Origin: Chiloscyllium plagiosum
Lineage: Eukaryota
Length of the DNA stretch: 64,000 nt
Direction: 5' to 3'
NCBI RefSeq assembly: GCF_004010195.1
Contig: NC_057718.1
Location: 57,128,264 to 57,192,263, forward strand
Below are positions 51,468-64,000 of this stretch, piece by piece (within the stretch, counting starts at the first letter, position 1; every line of letters starts with the position of its first letter). A program made the position numbers and the translations under genes. Under the pieces are notes generated by a model. The model made no database searches, had not been told where the DNA came from, and saw only the letters and a program-made list of their open reading frames with translations.

Positions 51468-52535
51468 AGAAGATTAAGATGCATGGGATCCATGGTGACT
51501 TGACCACATGGATTCAGAATTGGCTTGCCCATAGAAGGCAGAAAGTGGTGGTGGAAGAGTGCTTTTCTGGCTTGAGATCCATGTCTAGAGGTGTTCCACG
51601 GGATCTTTACTGGGACCTCTGCTGTTTGTGATATATATATATATATAAAAAGTGGCTTGGATGCAAATGTGGATAGGTGGGTTAGTAAGTTTGCAGATGA
51701 TACAAAGATGGGTGGAGTTGTGGACAGTATAGAAGGTTGTCAAAGGATACAGTGGGATATAGATCAGTTGCAGATATGAGTGGAGAAATGGTAGGTGGAG
51801 TTTAATCTGGGTAAGTGTGAGATGCTGCACTTTGGGAGATCAAATGTTAAGGAAACGTATATGGTTCATGGCAGGACCCTGAACACCATTGATATATGGA
51901 GGGATCTTGGCATTCAAGTCCGTAGCTCCCTGAAAATGTCATGCAAGTAGATAGGATAGTAAAGAAGGCGTATGGCATGTTTGCCTTTATTGATCAAGAA
52001 ATTCAGTACAAGAGTCAGGAAGTGATGTTGCAGCTTTATAAGATTTTGGTTAGGCTACACTTAGAGTATCACATTACAAAAAGGATATAGAGGCTTTGGA
52101 GAGGATATGCTGCCTGGATTAGATGGTATGAACTGTAAGAAAAACTCAGATGGAGCATTGGAGGCTGAGGGGAGACTTGATAGAAGTCTATAAAATTATG
52201 AGATACATAAATAAGGTTGATGTCAGAATCGTTTTCCCATTTGAAATATCTAATACTAGGGACATGTACTTAAGGCAAGAGATGGAAAGTTCAAAGGAGA
52301 TGTGAGGGGCAAGTTTTCTACACAGAAAGTGGTAGGAGTCTGGAACATGCTGCCAGGGTTGCTGGTGGAGGCCTATATAATAGGGGCTTTTAAGGGGCTT
52401 TTAGATAAGGACATGATTATGCAAGGAATGGACCAAGAGGAGGCAGAACGGATTAGTTTAATTTGGTGTCATGTTTAGCACAACATCTTGGACTGAAGAA
52501 CCAGTTCTTGTGCTCTACTGTTCTATGTTCTGTCT
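51468..52535 (+). mobile_element. 5'-truncated CR1
   Basis: HGIHGDLTTWIQNWL..SKFADDTKMGG; tail tgttctatgttct. Confidence 0.9.
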
Positions 52536-52603
52536 TCTGTATATAAAATCATAATTCATTTAATAACTAAATACTTTTCATACCATGAGTTTATTTTAAA
52601 ATA

Positions 52604-52677
52604 AAACTTTCAACATGTAAAGTTTTTTAAAACTTTGAACATGTGATGTTTTTAAAACTTTGAACATGTAATGTTTT
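52604..52677. repeat. Three ~25-bp tandem units (aaactttgaacatgtaatgttttt)
   Basis: Read directly. Confidence 0.85.
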
Positions 52678-52848
52678 GTAGAAGTTGTAATGCTGATATT
52701 TGAATGAATATTAAAACCATTATTTGAATTGATTTGATCTGACCACCACTCTAATGACTAGAGACTTGTCAATGCAAAATAAATTGGATCTAACAATTTT
52801 GAGAAAGTGAAACTCATAGTACCACACTCAGCAGATGACTTGTTCTAC

Positions 52849-53367
52849 ATCTTCAGTTAGAAAGTCAGACAAATCACTGAAAATGGCTGAGTTTTCCAAT
52901 TGGTGTTATTTTAACGGCCGAGAATTCGTGAAGAACAGGTAGGTTATCACAATCATTAAAATAAATGATAATTGCAAACTACAGGATGACAAGTCAATAT
53001 CCTGGAATGGTAGACACAAAAATGAACACAAATAGTGTAGAACTAAAATTCCAAGCAAGACATGGAAGTATTGAGAGGTTAGAGGAACTACTGTGTTATG
53101 AATTACCATGAGAAAGAAATCTTCAGCTAGAAAGTCAGGCAAACCACTTAAAATAGCTGAATTTTCCAATAGTTGTTATTTTAATGGTCAAGAATTCATG
53201 AAGAATAGGTAGGTTAGCACCAGCATTAAAATAAATGGTTATTGCGTACTAAAGGTTGACAAGTAAATGTCCTGGAATGATAGACACAAAAATGATTGTG
53301 TAGAACCAAAACTCCAAGACATGGAAGTATTGAGAGGGTAAAGAAAATACTGTGTTCTGAATTACCA
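52849..53367 (+). repeat. Old tandem duplication, two ~260-bp units
   Basis: Unit 1 ~52849-53108, unit 2 ~53119-53367; both run atcttcagYtagaaagtcag...tgaattacca. Confidence 0.9.
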
Positions 53368-53394
53368 AGCTTTAATTATCTGATGTTTTTTCAG

Positions 53395-53497
53395 AATGTT
53401 ATGAAGTCAAAAAAAGTATCAGAGAAAGTTATTGAAGCGTTACCTTCGTGTAAAACGGGAAACAAGATGGGCAATGATCAAGAAAAGACCTTATCAG
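53395..53497 (+). CDS. CFAP36: CFAP36 internal coding exon (variable linker)
   Basis: Acceptor tgttttttcag|, donor cag|gtatct, 103 nt, phase 0 to 1. Translates NVMKSKKVSEKVIEALPSCKTGNKMGNDQEKTLS; its phase is needed to join the next exon. Confidence 0.8.
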
Positions 53498-55553
53498 GTA
53501 TCTACCAAAACAACAAATGCAAACCCAAAGGCAATATTGATGTAATTGATGATTTTGGAGACTGATTGCAACGTAGTTGAATATGGATCATATTTAATGG
53601 AAAAATTGAATTACATTTGACTGTAAAGAATAAAATTTGTTCATGTTTTTCCAGGAATTAAATGTGATACTTCTATAATCTCCCTTTCAATGATTGATTA
53701 CACTTTTGTGAATTAAGTTTGACAGGTATGACATAAGAATAATGACAGTTCTGAGCCATCCAGCCTACTCCCTATAATTACAAACTTGATACAGCATAAC
53801 ATATACTCTCCTTATTCAATCCAAAATCAGGAGAATGCCAGTGAATGGCAGAAATAACAGATTGAAAACTCATCTGGAGAAAATAATCTGGAAAATTTAT
53901 TTCTGATCTATTTTCTTCATTTTTTTGTGTTAGCTATAGGCACTACAGGTACTAGACCTCTGCTGGCAAGAGGGAGACAAGTGTTATAGGTTAAATAATA
54001 CCGTTCCACATTAAGCAGTTATAATCTCCATGGAGGTATTGAAAGGGTTAGTAGATTGATTATCAATCTGTTTGGCCAAATGATGCACACTGCTGTGGCT
54101 AATAAGTCCTGGAGCAGAACTTGAATCTGGGTAATTCTTATCTGGGTAATCAAAACGAGTGCAGTTGATCAATCTGCACCTGAAATACACCTTTAATACA
54201 CCTTTAATGCACTTTAATGTCCACCTCAACCAGGCATTTCACATAGATCTCGTCTTACACAATTCGAAATGTGACCTTTGGAACTGCGACAGACTCTGTC
54301 CCCTCATTGTACAACTCAGTCTGATCACACATATCTGTGCTTTTCTAAAATATAGAATCACAAATCTTTTACCTTATATTGATACCTAATATTTTTCACA
54401 CTGGGGGTTAGTCAAGTGACCTTCCTCTGCATTCTTTCCAAAGTCTTCGCATCATCCAGCATGTGAGGAGACCAAAACAGGACCAAGTAAGCGCTGATCA
54501 ACGGTTTGTATCCAAACAAAATAATATGCTTTGTCTCATACTTGTTTGTCCTTTGAATAACCCCCGCAATCTAATTAACCTAGCTATCACTTCACAATAT
54601 TTCTTACATGTCTTTTGAGATGTATTAGAGCCTGACTTTTTTTTTCACTACTTTCTGCTTGTAAGTTCACGTTGTTGTTCTTTGCAGAAGTTTAAACATT
54701 TACCTATTATCATCAGCATCTGATGCAGCAGGAACAAATTTAAAATAATGAAACATATTCAATATTCAGCGAAAGATTTTAGTAAGAGTATAGAGGAGCA
54801 GTGCTGAACATTTCTAATGGAAAAGATAGCAGAACTACAGCAGTGCTACTGAAAGCAGCAAGATAACTTCAGGCATTCTATAATGCACATTATGTAGCTA
54901 CAATGTGGCATCTACAATGATTTGGATGGCAGAGGCACGCAGTTGTTATTGAAACTGCAGCTGATGACTACGAGAAAGAGGATTAGCTTTTACATAATGC
55001 ACTTATTTAATTACTTTGATTCTAGTCACTATTATAAAATAGAGAAACATTACAGCCGATTAGTACACAATAACGTGCTACAAATGACAGGTAACTGACT
55101 TGATATTCGGTTTATTGGTGATGCAGGTTTCAGAATATATATTGGTTATAATAAATGGAGCTATTGTTTGCTTCTTCCTCAATTTGAAGAATTGAATTTT
55201 TCAATCCATATGAAAAGAAAAAGGGGTCTTCTGACTTGAAGTCCAATCCAAATGTCTGCAGCTCTGACAGTGCAAGTCTCCCCCAACTGCAATGAAAGTT
55301 TTGTTCTGAATTATGCATCAGTATTTGATCAATTGATAAGATCTTGGGGGGTAAACATCTGAGGCTGCGATTCTTCTCACTTGCCTCCAAATAACTGTTA
55401 GGTTGATTTATACCAAACAGTGATAAGCTTAAGTGTACTAATAAGCTGTATAATTTTGATGATTAAACTCTAGCATAACATTACATTATTTAGGATTCCT
55501 CACCCTTGGTTGTTACCAATCTGTAAGAACATTATACAATCTGAAAAAAAGGA

Positions 55554-55747
55554 CACAACACCAGGTTATAGTCCAACAGGTTTAATTGGAAGCACTAGCT
55601 TTCGGAGCGCTGCTCCTTCATCAGGTGGATGAAGGAGCAGCGCTCCGAAAGCTGGTGCTTCCAATTAAACCTGTTGGACTATAACCTGGTGTTGTGTGAT
55701 TTTTAACTTTGTACACCCCAGTCCAACACTGGCATCTCCAAATCATG
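55554..55747. mobile_element. Young fold-back PLE-derived element with hammerhead motif
   Basis: Near-perfect inverted arms around the loop caggtg; left arm shorter; flanked by tgaaaaaaagga at 55542-55553 and 55746-55757. Confidence 0.88.
55593..55627 (-). ncRNA. Minimal type I hammerhead ribozyme motif
   Basis: cac-CTGATGA-A-GGAGC-AGC-GCTCC-GAAA-GCTA-gtg: stem I cac/gtg, 5-bp stem II, palindromic AGCT, CUA triplet. Confidence 0.75.
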
Positions 55748-55799
55748 AAAAAAAGGAAGCGGCATTATTTTTGCAAGTGTAACTATCTGAGCTGCTGTC

Positions 55800-56750
55800 A
55801 GGAAACAGCAGGCAAATCAGTTAACCTCAGTGGTGGGGAAATGATTGGAAGCAATTCTGAAGGACAGAAGTAATCTGCACTTGGAGAGGCAGAGATTAGT
55901 CAAGAACAATCAGCATGGTTTTGTTAAGAGGAGGTCATGTTGATGAACTTGATTAAATTTTTCAAAGAGGTAACCAGGTGTGTAAATGAGAGCAATGTGT
56001 TGACATAGTCTACTTGGACTTCTTCAAGGCTTTTTTAAAGGTCATGATTTGGAGGTGCCGGTGTTGAACTGGGTTGTACAAGGTTAAAAATCACACAACA
56101 CCAGGTTATAGTCCAACAGGTTTATTTGGAAGCGCTAGCTTTCGGAGCGCTGCTCCTTCCTCAGGTGGATGAAGGAGCACCTGATGAAGGAGCAGTGCTC
56201 TGAAAGCTAGCACTTCCAAAATAAACCTGTTAGACTATAACCCGGTGTTGCGTGATTTTTTTCCTTTTAGAGGTCAGCATGGGAGACTGATAGTAAAGAT
56301 AAGCGCCTAGGGGATTCCGAGGAAATTGGACCAATTAGATCCTGAATGAATTGTGTGGCAGGAAGCAGACACTGATGATTGAAGTGTGTTTTTATGACTG
56401 GAAGCCTGTGTCCAGTGGGATTCTGTAGGATCAGATTTGGGGCCCTTGCTGTTTGTGGTATAAGTAAGCAATTTAGACTAGAATGTAAGAGAGTTTATCA
56501 GGAAGTTTGCAGATGTTATGAAAATTGGTGGGGGTGATAAATAGTGAGGAGGATAGCCTTAGATTACAGAAAATATAGACAGACTAGTCAGGTGGGCTAT
56601 CAGTGGCAAATGGAATTCAGTCCAGATAAGTGTGAGGTGATGCACTTGGGCAGAACAATGAAGGTAAAGGAACACATGATGAATGGTAGGACCCTGGGAA
56701 GAACTGAGAATCAGAGGGACATTAGTGCACATGTCAATCGTTTCCTTAAG
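55800..56750 (+). mobile_element. Decayed CR1 RT fragment interrupted by a fold-back element
   Basis: NQHGFVKRRSC, VYLDF.KAF, KFADV and WQMEFSPDKCEVMHLG motifs. Confidence 0.85.
56045..56262. mobile_element. Fold-back PLE-derived element with hammerhead cores on both strands
   Basis: Minus 56136-56164: CTGAGGA-A-GGAGC-AGC-GCTCC-GAAA-GCTA. Plus 56181-56209: CTGATGA-A-GGAGC-AGT-GCTCT-GAAA-GCTA. Flanks ttttaaaggtca / ttttagaggtca. Confidence 0.88.
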
Positions 56751-56987
56751 GTTTCCTCTAAGTTTGTTGGAAAAAATGCTTTTCCTTCATGCTTTTTGAA
56801 ATTAAAATCTAGTACATTCACACATCCCCCTTTCAAAGTGGTATAATAATTCATGTCATTTATGAAGTCAGTGATACTTGATATTTTTGGCAGAAAGGTC
56901 ACCTCAGTATTCAAAGAGTAAATTGTTGTTCGTATTTTCCTCATTGTCACTTCCTTTTTTCATTTTGATTTATTGGTTACTTATTAG

Positions 56988-57160
56988 AACAAAGTAATGG
57001 AGTTTCCAGAAAAACATTAGGACCAGTGCGGGTTCCAGTAAAAGGAGAAGAGCAACGATTACCTTCAGAATCAGTAGGAAAAAGGATACACCAAAGTGAT
57101 GCAGCAGAGACCTGGCTACAACAGGCAAAAAAAGAAGCGGGCATTTCAGGCTCTGTTATG
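56988..57160 (+). CDS. CFAP36: CFAP36 internal coding exon
   Basis: Acceptor ttacttattag|, consensus donor atg|gtaagt, 173 nt, phase 1 to 0. Translates (E)QSNGVSRKTLGPVRVPVKGEEQRLPSESVGKRIHQSDAAETWLQQAKKEAGISGSVM. The AAExWxxxAxxEAG segment resembles non-mammalian CFAP36 as I recall it. Confidence 0.87.
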
Positions 57161-58384
57161 GTAAGTGCAGGAGAGCTGAATTCAATTTAATATTGTTATA
57201 AATATTAGAAACCAGATAAATCCGTTCACCTTATTTTTCTACTGTTTCCCAGAAAGTTTTATTTTCTTCACATTATATTCTGTTTATAGTGGGTGGTTTG
57301 AATTTGATATCTGAGAGAGTAAAACCAGTTATTTTGACCAGAACTTGCACAACTTTTCTTTAGTTGCCTGACTATGTTTCATCCCTACACCATTACCACA
57401 ATTTCCCTTTCTGGCTTCATTTTCAAGTATTACAGATATGATTTAATGCTGTTGCACCAGCTTGTCAAATAATGATGCCAAGAAATTATTGTCAGTTTGT
57501 TCTAGAATTTTGTTGATTTGCATTTAAAGGTTGTTGACTCACTGTTCAACACAGGCATTTCTAGCATGTTAAGAAAAGCAACCTTGGGAAAGAACTGTCC
57601 TGATTTTAGTGATTTTTAAAATTCTGGGGTGTCATATCTATAAATTCTTTCTCTTTCTGTCTAACACATTGTTAGTGTAGTTCTTCAGTTCAATGGTTTT
57701 AGGCAACACTGACAATTTCATCTGAATCTTGTTTAAAGTAAATTTTCGTTCTAACCAGCCTTTCCTAAACTAAAACACAGATTCATATTCACTCACCTCA
57801 ATAATTAATTTTTGGTAGACCATTTTCCATTTTGTTTATTTTCCAGACAACTCAGTCACACGATCAGTTACTGGAAGCAAGCATTTTTTCTTTTACAATA
57901 AATATTTCAGAAAAACCTAGTTTTTAAAGGGACCATTGTCCCATCATGAAACATGCATTTTTTTTTCTGCAAAAGCTCTTGGGCTATTACACTGGTATCA
58001 TTGAAGAAATAGTGAGAGAGGAGGCAAACCTGCTACGTAATGCTACTAAAGCATGTCATTTTTTTAATAGTGGGGCTTCTTAGAATATTCTCCACCACTC
58101 ATCTCATTAGATGTGCATGATTCTTCCATGAACACTCGTCGCTTCCCCTCGGGTGCATTATCTTCCCTCTTGTCAGAGGCAGAAGTAATCCCAACTGCCC
58201 GCACCTTCCAGGATTTCTGATGCCAGCACCATTTTTAAAACTTAATTGTGCACTAGGTCACACACTACTAACCAGGAGTTGCCCTTCAATGTGCATGAAG
58301 TGTGAGGGGAGCCAAAATGAAATGCTTCTGAGGACACCTAGGTGGCTCCCTCCCGATATGGATGTCTAATGAGTGACCAGAGAC

Positions 58385-59863
58385 AAATACCACCAGAGAC
58401 AGGGTGGTGGTAGAAGATTTTTGTTTGGACTGGAGATCATGACCAGCAAAGTGCCACAAGGATTGGTGCTAGCTCCACTGTTGTTTGTCATTTATATAAA
58501 TGATTTAGATGAGAATTTAGGAGGCTTGGTTTGTGGATGACACCAAAGTTAATGGTATAATGAACAGTAAAGAAGGTTATCTAAGAGTACAATGAGATCT
58601 TGATCAGCTGGGCCAATGGACGGGGAGTGGCAGATGTAGTTTAATTTAAATAAATGTGAAGTGTTGCATTTTAGTGACACAAACCAGAGCAGGACTTACA
58701 CAATTAATTGGAGGGCCTTGGGGAGTATTGTTTGAACAAAAAGACCTAGGAGTGGAGGTACATAGCTCGCTGAAAGTGGCGTCACAGGTAGACAGGACAG
58801 TGAAGAAAGCATTTGGCATGCTTGCGTTCATTGGTCAGATCATTGAGTACAGGAATTGGAATGTCATGTTGTGGCTGTACAAGACACTGGCAAGGCCACT
58901 TTGGAGTACTGTGTACAATTCTAGTCACTGCTATAGGAAGTATTTACTAAAATGGAAAGGGTACAGAGAAGATTCACAAGAATGTTACCTGGATGGAAGG
59001 CTTGAATTAGAGGGAGAAACTGGATAGGCTGGGACTTCTTTTTGCCTGGAATGTAGGAGGCTGAGACAGAAATCTTGATTAAGTTTAAACAAAATGTCTG
59101 CAGTTGAAATGATTATGTTTAAACAAAATGTCTGAAGTTGAATGCATATTGTACAAGTTACTTGAGTGGAAAATAATAAGTAGAAACTGTGTAGCTGCAG
59201 AAAGCAAGGACAGAATGTTCTCGCAAAAGGCAGGGCTGACCACTACAATGTCAAGCACCCCGGTGCTTAAGTAAGATGATTGGAAGAAAGTGAGGGGGTG
59301 GAAGCGGGTATAAAACTACGAGTATGTGACTCCCACATGGGCAGTTGGAATCGGAAGGAAAGCGGTAGAGATCTACCGCTCATGTAATTTTTTTTTGAAG
59401 TTCAACCAATAAATAATTTTTAAAAATTAACAATCCCTGGTGGTCTCATGTGTGATTTGTTATGCAATCTTCAAACTCAACAGGTGACCTGACAGAGGTT
59501 TATAAGGTTATGAGAAAAATAGGTAAGGTGTATAGTTTAGGTCTTTTCCTAAGCTGTGGGTCCAAGACTTTTGGGCATAAGTTTAAGGTGAGAGGGGAAA
59601 GATTTAAAAGGGACCTGTGGGGCAACTTTTTCACAAAGAGCGTGGTGTGTATGTGAAACGAACAGCCAGAAGAAGTGGTAGAGGCGAGTACTGTTACATT
59701 TAAAAGACATTTGGAAAGGTATATGGATAGGCAAGGTTTAGAGAAATATGAGCCAAACGTAGGCAATTGGGACTAGTTCAGTTTAGGAAACCTTATGGGC
59801 ATGGATGAGTTAGGCTGAAGGATCTGTTTCTGCGCTGTATGTATGTATGATGGTATGACTCTT
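58385..59863 (+). mobile_element. 5'-truncated CR1 interrupted at ~59067-59482
   Basis: KDLGVEVHSSLKVASQVDRTVKKAFGMLAF; resumes GDLTEVYK; tail tatgactct. Confidence 0.88.
59067..59482 (+). mobile_element. LTR-like insert in CR1
   Basis: Splits CR1 aggctgag|ggtgacct; contains gggtataaaa and aataaa and ends caaca. No clean TG start or TSD. Confidence 0.55.
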
Positions 59864-61499
59864 AATATGTTTGTGCAGCTTCTTGACTGATTTTCCGCGA
59901 CTCCCCATACTGATTACACTGAAACTGCAGGACTGACTTTACCCAAGTCCCTGAACTGATAGTGGATGCTGCCCTTGATTTACTGCATTGCGATCCCTGA
60001 CTGAAGGTGGTCTCATTTTACTTGATTGAGCACTACTCCCCAGAGATTTTGAGACATGGCCGTATGTTCAAGCAATTTCCTTGCCCCATACACTGCTGAT
60101 TATAAATTGACTTTGTGTCATGTTGTAGAGCAATATGTCCACTCCTTTGATTGGTGACTATTGATAACCATGAGTTTTTCATGACGCTACCAAGCTGCCC
60201 AGCTTTATGTCTGCATTACTAGACAAGGCAAGACAGAAATATTTTGAACCTTTAACCCCTGGCTAAGAGGACAAGGCAAGGTGGAAATGCTATGAGCATT
60301 TAAGTAGGTGCAAAGTGAATGTACGCTAAGAAAGTGAAGAGCTCTGAGGTGCACCCATGGGTGAGCACTTGTCCCTGTGCAGAAAGAGGTCTTGAAGCAG
60401 CATAACAATGATAGGTGCCAGTGTACTCTAAAGTGCATCACTGAAGTGGAAAACAATTTTGTGGGTCAAGGATGTGCCATTAGGTTAGTACATGTCATAT
60501 TCAACCTCCTTGGATGGTGAGTCCAGACAGTCACAATGCATGTAACATGCCCTGAGATGGTGAGGTCTACTGCCGAAGATTGACCCCCAGAGGACCAAGC
60601 GGCAAACTGGGAGTCACCAGTTACCTGCTCTGACTTTCATGTCAGATATTGTCGCTATCTAGTTTCTATCCAGCAGGTGGGAAAGTAGGGAACTGCATTT
60701 TAATAAAGCAAGATTAGGTAATAATTGCATTCTAATTCCTGCAAATGGATGCAAATCGACCTCACCACTCAACAGTAAGTTTCTCATCTCGCCATTCAAA
60801 TCCTGATTGCAGAATCAGACTTTTTTTTAATGTTGAGAATCTAATTTTGCTTATCTCACCGTACTCTCACAACTGACTTTCAGGGTCTGCGATGATTCTA
60901 CCCAAAGTGGGAAAATATATTATCTATAACAGAAGTGCTTTTCCACACTCAAGAAAGTGCTTGCCAGTTAAAGAAGATTCAGAAAGTTTAGAGGCATGTA
61001 GGTCAGGCTACCTCAGTAGTACATCAAACAGTGCTGTAGAGTTTTTCATGAGCCTACCAAGGTGCTTGAAGGCATGAATATCCATGAAAATGCTGAAATA
61101 ATGCTGCAGATATGACTTACTCTAACATCATCAAAGAACATGTATTAAAAAGCAATTTACAAATGCAATATCTTTGAAATCTCTAATCTTCTGATGAAGT
61201 TAAGGTAGCAAAGTGGAAGTAGATCATAGGGACTTTTTGGCTCCTGATTAAAAAAGACATTGAATTTCTTTTATTTTAAAACCATTATTACAGATACCAG
61301 GATGAAATGAAAGTAGGAATTAGTCTGCATAAATTAGTCCCGCAAAGGAGAAATATGTGCATGACTAAAGGCAAATAAGTACCACAGGTGAAGGAGTATC
61401 CTTTGTGCCCCTCACAAGTACTGGACCATTAAAAATTTTAAAATATTACTGAGTAGCTTGATAGTTCTAAAGTACCTCATTTACATGTTTCACCATGAC

Positions 61500-62470
61500 A
61501 CAATACTCATTAAAGAACAAGCCTAGAAAATCCACTAAGGAGTAAGTAACTTGTGAAAGGAAGGGTGTATTGTGGAATGAATCATAGTGCACCAATAAGC
61601 AGGAGCAGCTGGGAGGAAATGATGAAGAAACTGTTCTTATCAAGAAAACAGCAGGGCCTTCAGGGCCCACATTATTCAATATCAACCATCGGTCTTCACT
61701 TGCAGCTGAGTTTGAGGTCGTACTTAGATTCATTGATCAAAGAAGCTGACTTGTGCTGGTACAATCAACCAATCAATAATCTCTGGAATAGTGTAATGTT
61801 TTATATTACTCCTTAAAAGTACCCATCTATGTTGTCAGAGTCAATGATTCCTTGGGCAGAGAATTGATGTTCGTACATTGGGGCAGTCTGTTCTCAGTAT
61901 TTCAGATGTTGGATAAATTGGATAATTCTTTGAACCACACCTGCAATGCCTAAATGATGTAGAACATAATTTGAAGAACATACTGGTGCATCATACTTTA
62001 AAGAAAAACTCAGTAGCATCCAGATGTCCAAGGGCAATTGTTACTCTCAAAGTGGCAGCAGCGACTGGTTTCACTGATGCTCTGAAGCACATTCTCGCTC
62101 GGTTCTTAGGGATTAAATGGGATTATTGAGTTTGCTCATAAGCAGATCATCAGCACAACTGAATCTTTGAAAGTTGGTATTGGAATTAAAGATGTAGATT
62201 TAGTTTGCAGTTGCAATTTGCCCACCACCTGACGTGTGGCATGTCTGACAAAATGTGGACATGTGTTTATGTAATCCTAGCCCATAAAAATGTTTCTATA
62301 TTTCAATGCATTAACATTTTTCAAACAAGTAAGTGACCTGCCAGTGGAATTTCATGACCCACTCATGAAATTTTGTCATCATATTCAGACGGACTACAAC
62401 CTGATGGACTGTTGCCCATTTGTTGTTGGCTGGTATTTGAGATCATCTCCATTTCCACACTATTACCTTA
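61500..62470 (-). mobile_element. Very old non-CR1 LINE RT remnant (possibly Ingi/Vingi-like)
   Basis: Minus strand near 62140-62205 reads ..QRFSCADDLL (YADD-like), preceded by a degenerate PISLLS-like block near 62400. Family and boundaries are uncertain. Confidence 0.35.
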
Positions 62471-64000
62471 TCTTTCAAATAATAACTGTTGGGTATGGTT
62501 CTGATTCAGTTTCTGAGTAGGCTCTATCACTATAAACTCTTCAATTCAATATGTTTGTTGCATTAAAGAAGATGGGCTAAGCGTGTCAGTCTCATTCTCT
62601 TTACTTTCATTCATTTTATTTACATTTTGGAAACTGTATCCAATAATAGATTTTCCTCATCATATCTCTTTTTTTTAATTGACCCTACCTTTTCCTGTCT
62701 AATTCTTTGGACCTTTCCAGTTTTCTTTCCTGCCCTTGAAACATATTTGGAACTAACAATGATGGTATTTTATAGATGAGTTAATTGAAAGAGATCAAAT
62801 GTACAACAGAGCACTAAGGTTGTCCCCTATATCCCAATTTTATTTGCTTGCATTGGCGTTGGGTTTATGCAGCCAAATCAGAACTACAAGACTGCCACAG
62901 GAAGTGAATTGTGGGGAGTGTTTTTGAGGTAGAGGTTCAACAGATCTGCCAGTCCACTTCTGTCCTATCCTGAAAGTGGGGAACAAAGAAAATCCAAGTT
63001 AATATGTTCGATTTAACATGCTGTCACCCTAACTGAGATGTAGCATTAAATAGGGCCAAACGTCAAACTTCTTTGACTCTTTGGCTATGTTCCTTTCACT
63101 GTATGTTATACATAATCATTGCGCAATTGAAGGTGTTCTCATTATGATATGTTCAAGTGTAAGTTCTTAGATGTGAAAAAATTAACTTTGGAGATGTAGA
63201 AGCTGATATTATTAACATTAGCTTTTACTATTATATTTCTTTAGAACAGAAAGAACTGATTGATTTATTATGGAAAACTTCACTTTTCATAAACTGCAGA
63301 CTTTAGTCCTTTTTTAAAAAATTGATTTTTCACTGATTTTCTGTATGAATTGATTATAATTAAATTTAAACAATTACTTATATTACTGTGCAATTTAATT
63401 TTGTCATTATATTGTAGAAACTTTAGAACGTGGAGAATAGGTGACCTTTTGTTCAACTATACGAGCTATTCCTATATGTTAAGAGGCATGTAATTACTGT
63501 CATTGTTGATGATTTGTTTTAAAAAATCATTTGGAATTTTCATTATAGCAAATTGAACAACATTAATACAGAGGATTGATTAAAAATAAAGGAAACTGTT
63601 GAAATTCTTATCTATGGACCAATACTCAAAAGATTTTGATGAGCTTTTCTTAAGCATTTCACTTTATGGTGCATATTAGTGAACCCTTTATTTCTCCAAA
63701 GATTAATTTCAATCTTTCATCAAATATATTTTTGGATACCTTACTTCAGCCTCCAGCTCTAAATTAAGATAGAATTGATTAGAATAAAGTGACTGAATAG
63801 AGATGAAGAAAATTAAGTCCTTCACACCTTTAAGGTACAACAACTGCTGTTTTTGATTTCAAATTTCACTCTCCATTCACGTAATTGATCATTAAAACTC
63901 TACTGCTATCTACAAAGCTAACCAGTATACTTGTTCAGAAAGGAACCTGCCAATTCTTTCAAAGTTGCATATGAGATTCCAACTCAATAATGGGACAATA

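Noticed and set aside
62776..62818. Possible next CFAP36 exon (tatag|atgagttaattgaaagag...ag|gttgtc)
   Set aside because: Stop codon in the required phase 0, weak donor and no similarity to the expected C-terminal coiled-coil exon. The acceptor-like site at 63244 also hits a stop.

Overview
Eukaryotic, repeat-dense vertebrate DNA. The SINE/LINE repertoire (HE1-like V-SINEs, DeuSINE-like SINEs, CR1 LINEs) points to a cartilaginous fish (inference). The window lies inside one + strand gene, CFAP36/CCDC104. Six internal GT-AG exons (5191-5305, 12318-12405, 19903-20074, 40320-40394, 53395-53497, 56988-57160) splice into one open frame of 726 nt (242 codons). The first and last exons are outside the window. 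The introns hold nested, mostly decayed retroelements: CR1 and L2-type LINEs, tRNA-derived SINEs, Gypsy remnants, solo LTRs with 5-bp TSDs, and many Penelope-like element (PLE) pieces. Almost all ORF-track entries are spurious or retroelement debris. The most interesting signal is a set of about ten PLE-associated minimal hammerhead ribozyme motifs (CTGANGA-A-stem II-GAAA with a palindromic ACGT/AGCT stem III). They occur in short ~130-bp tail elements, in three ~200-250-bp fold-back elements with the motif mirrored on both strands, and at both ends of a 2.2-kb PLE palindrome. Several PLE junctions also show templated copies of nearby sequence. Exon and TSD coordinates were counted by hand; old repeat boundaries are approximate and identities are by eye.
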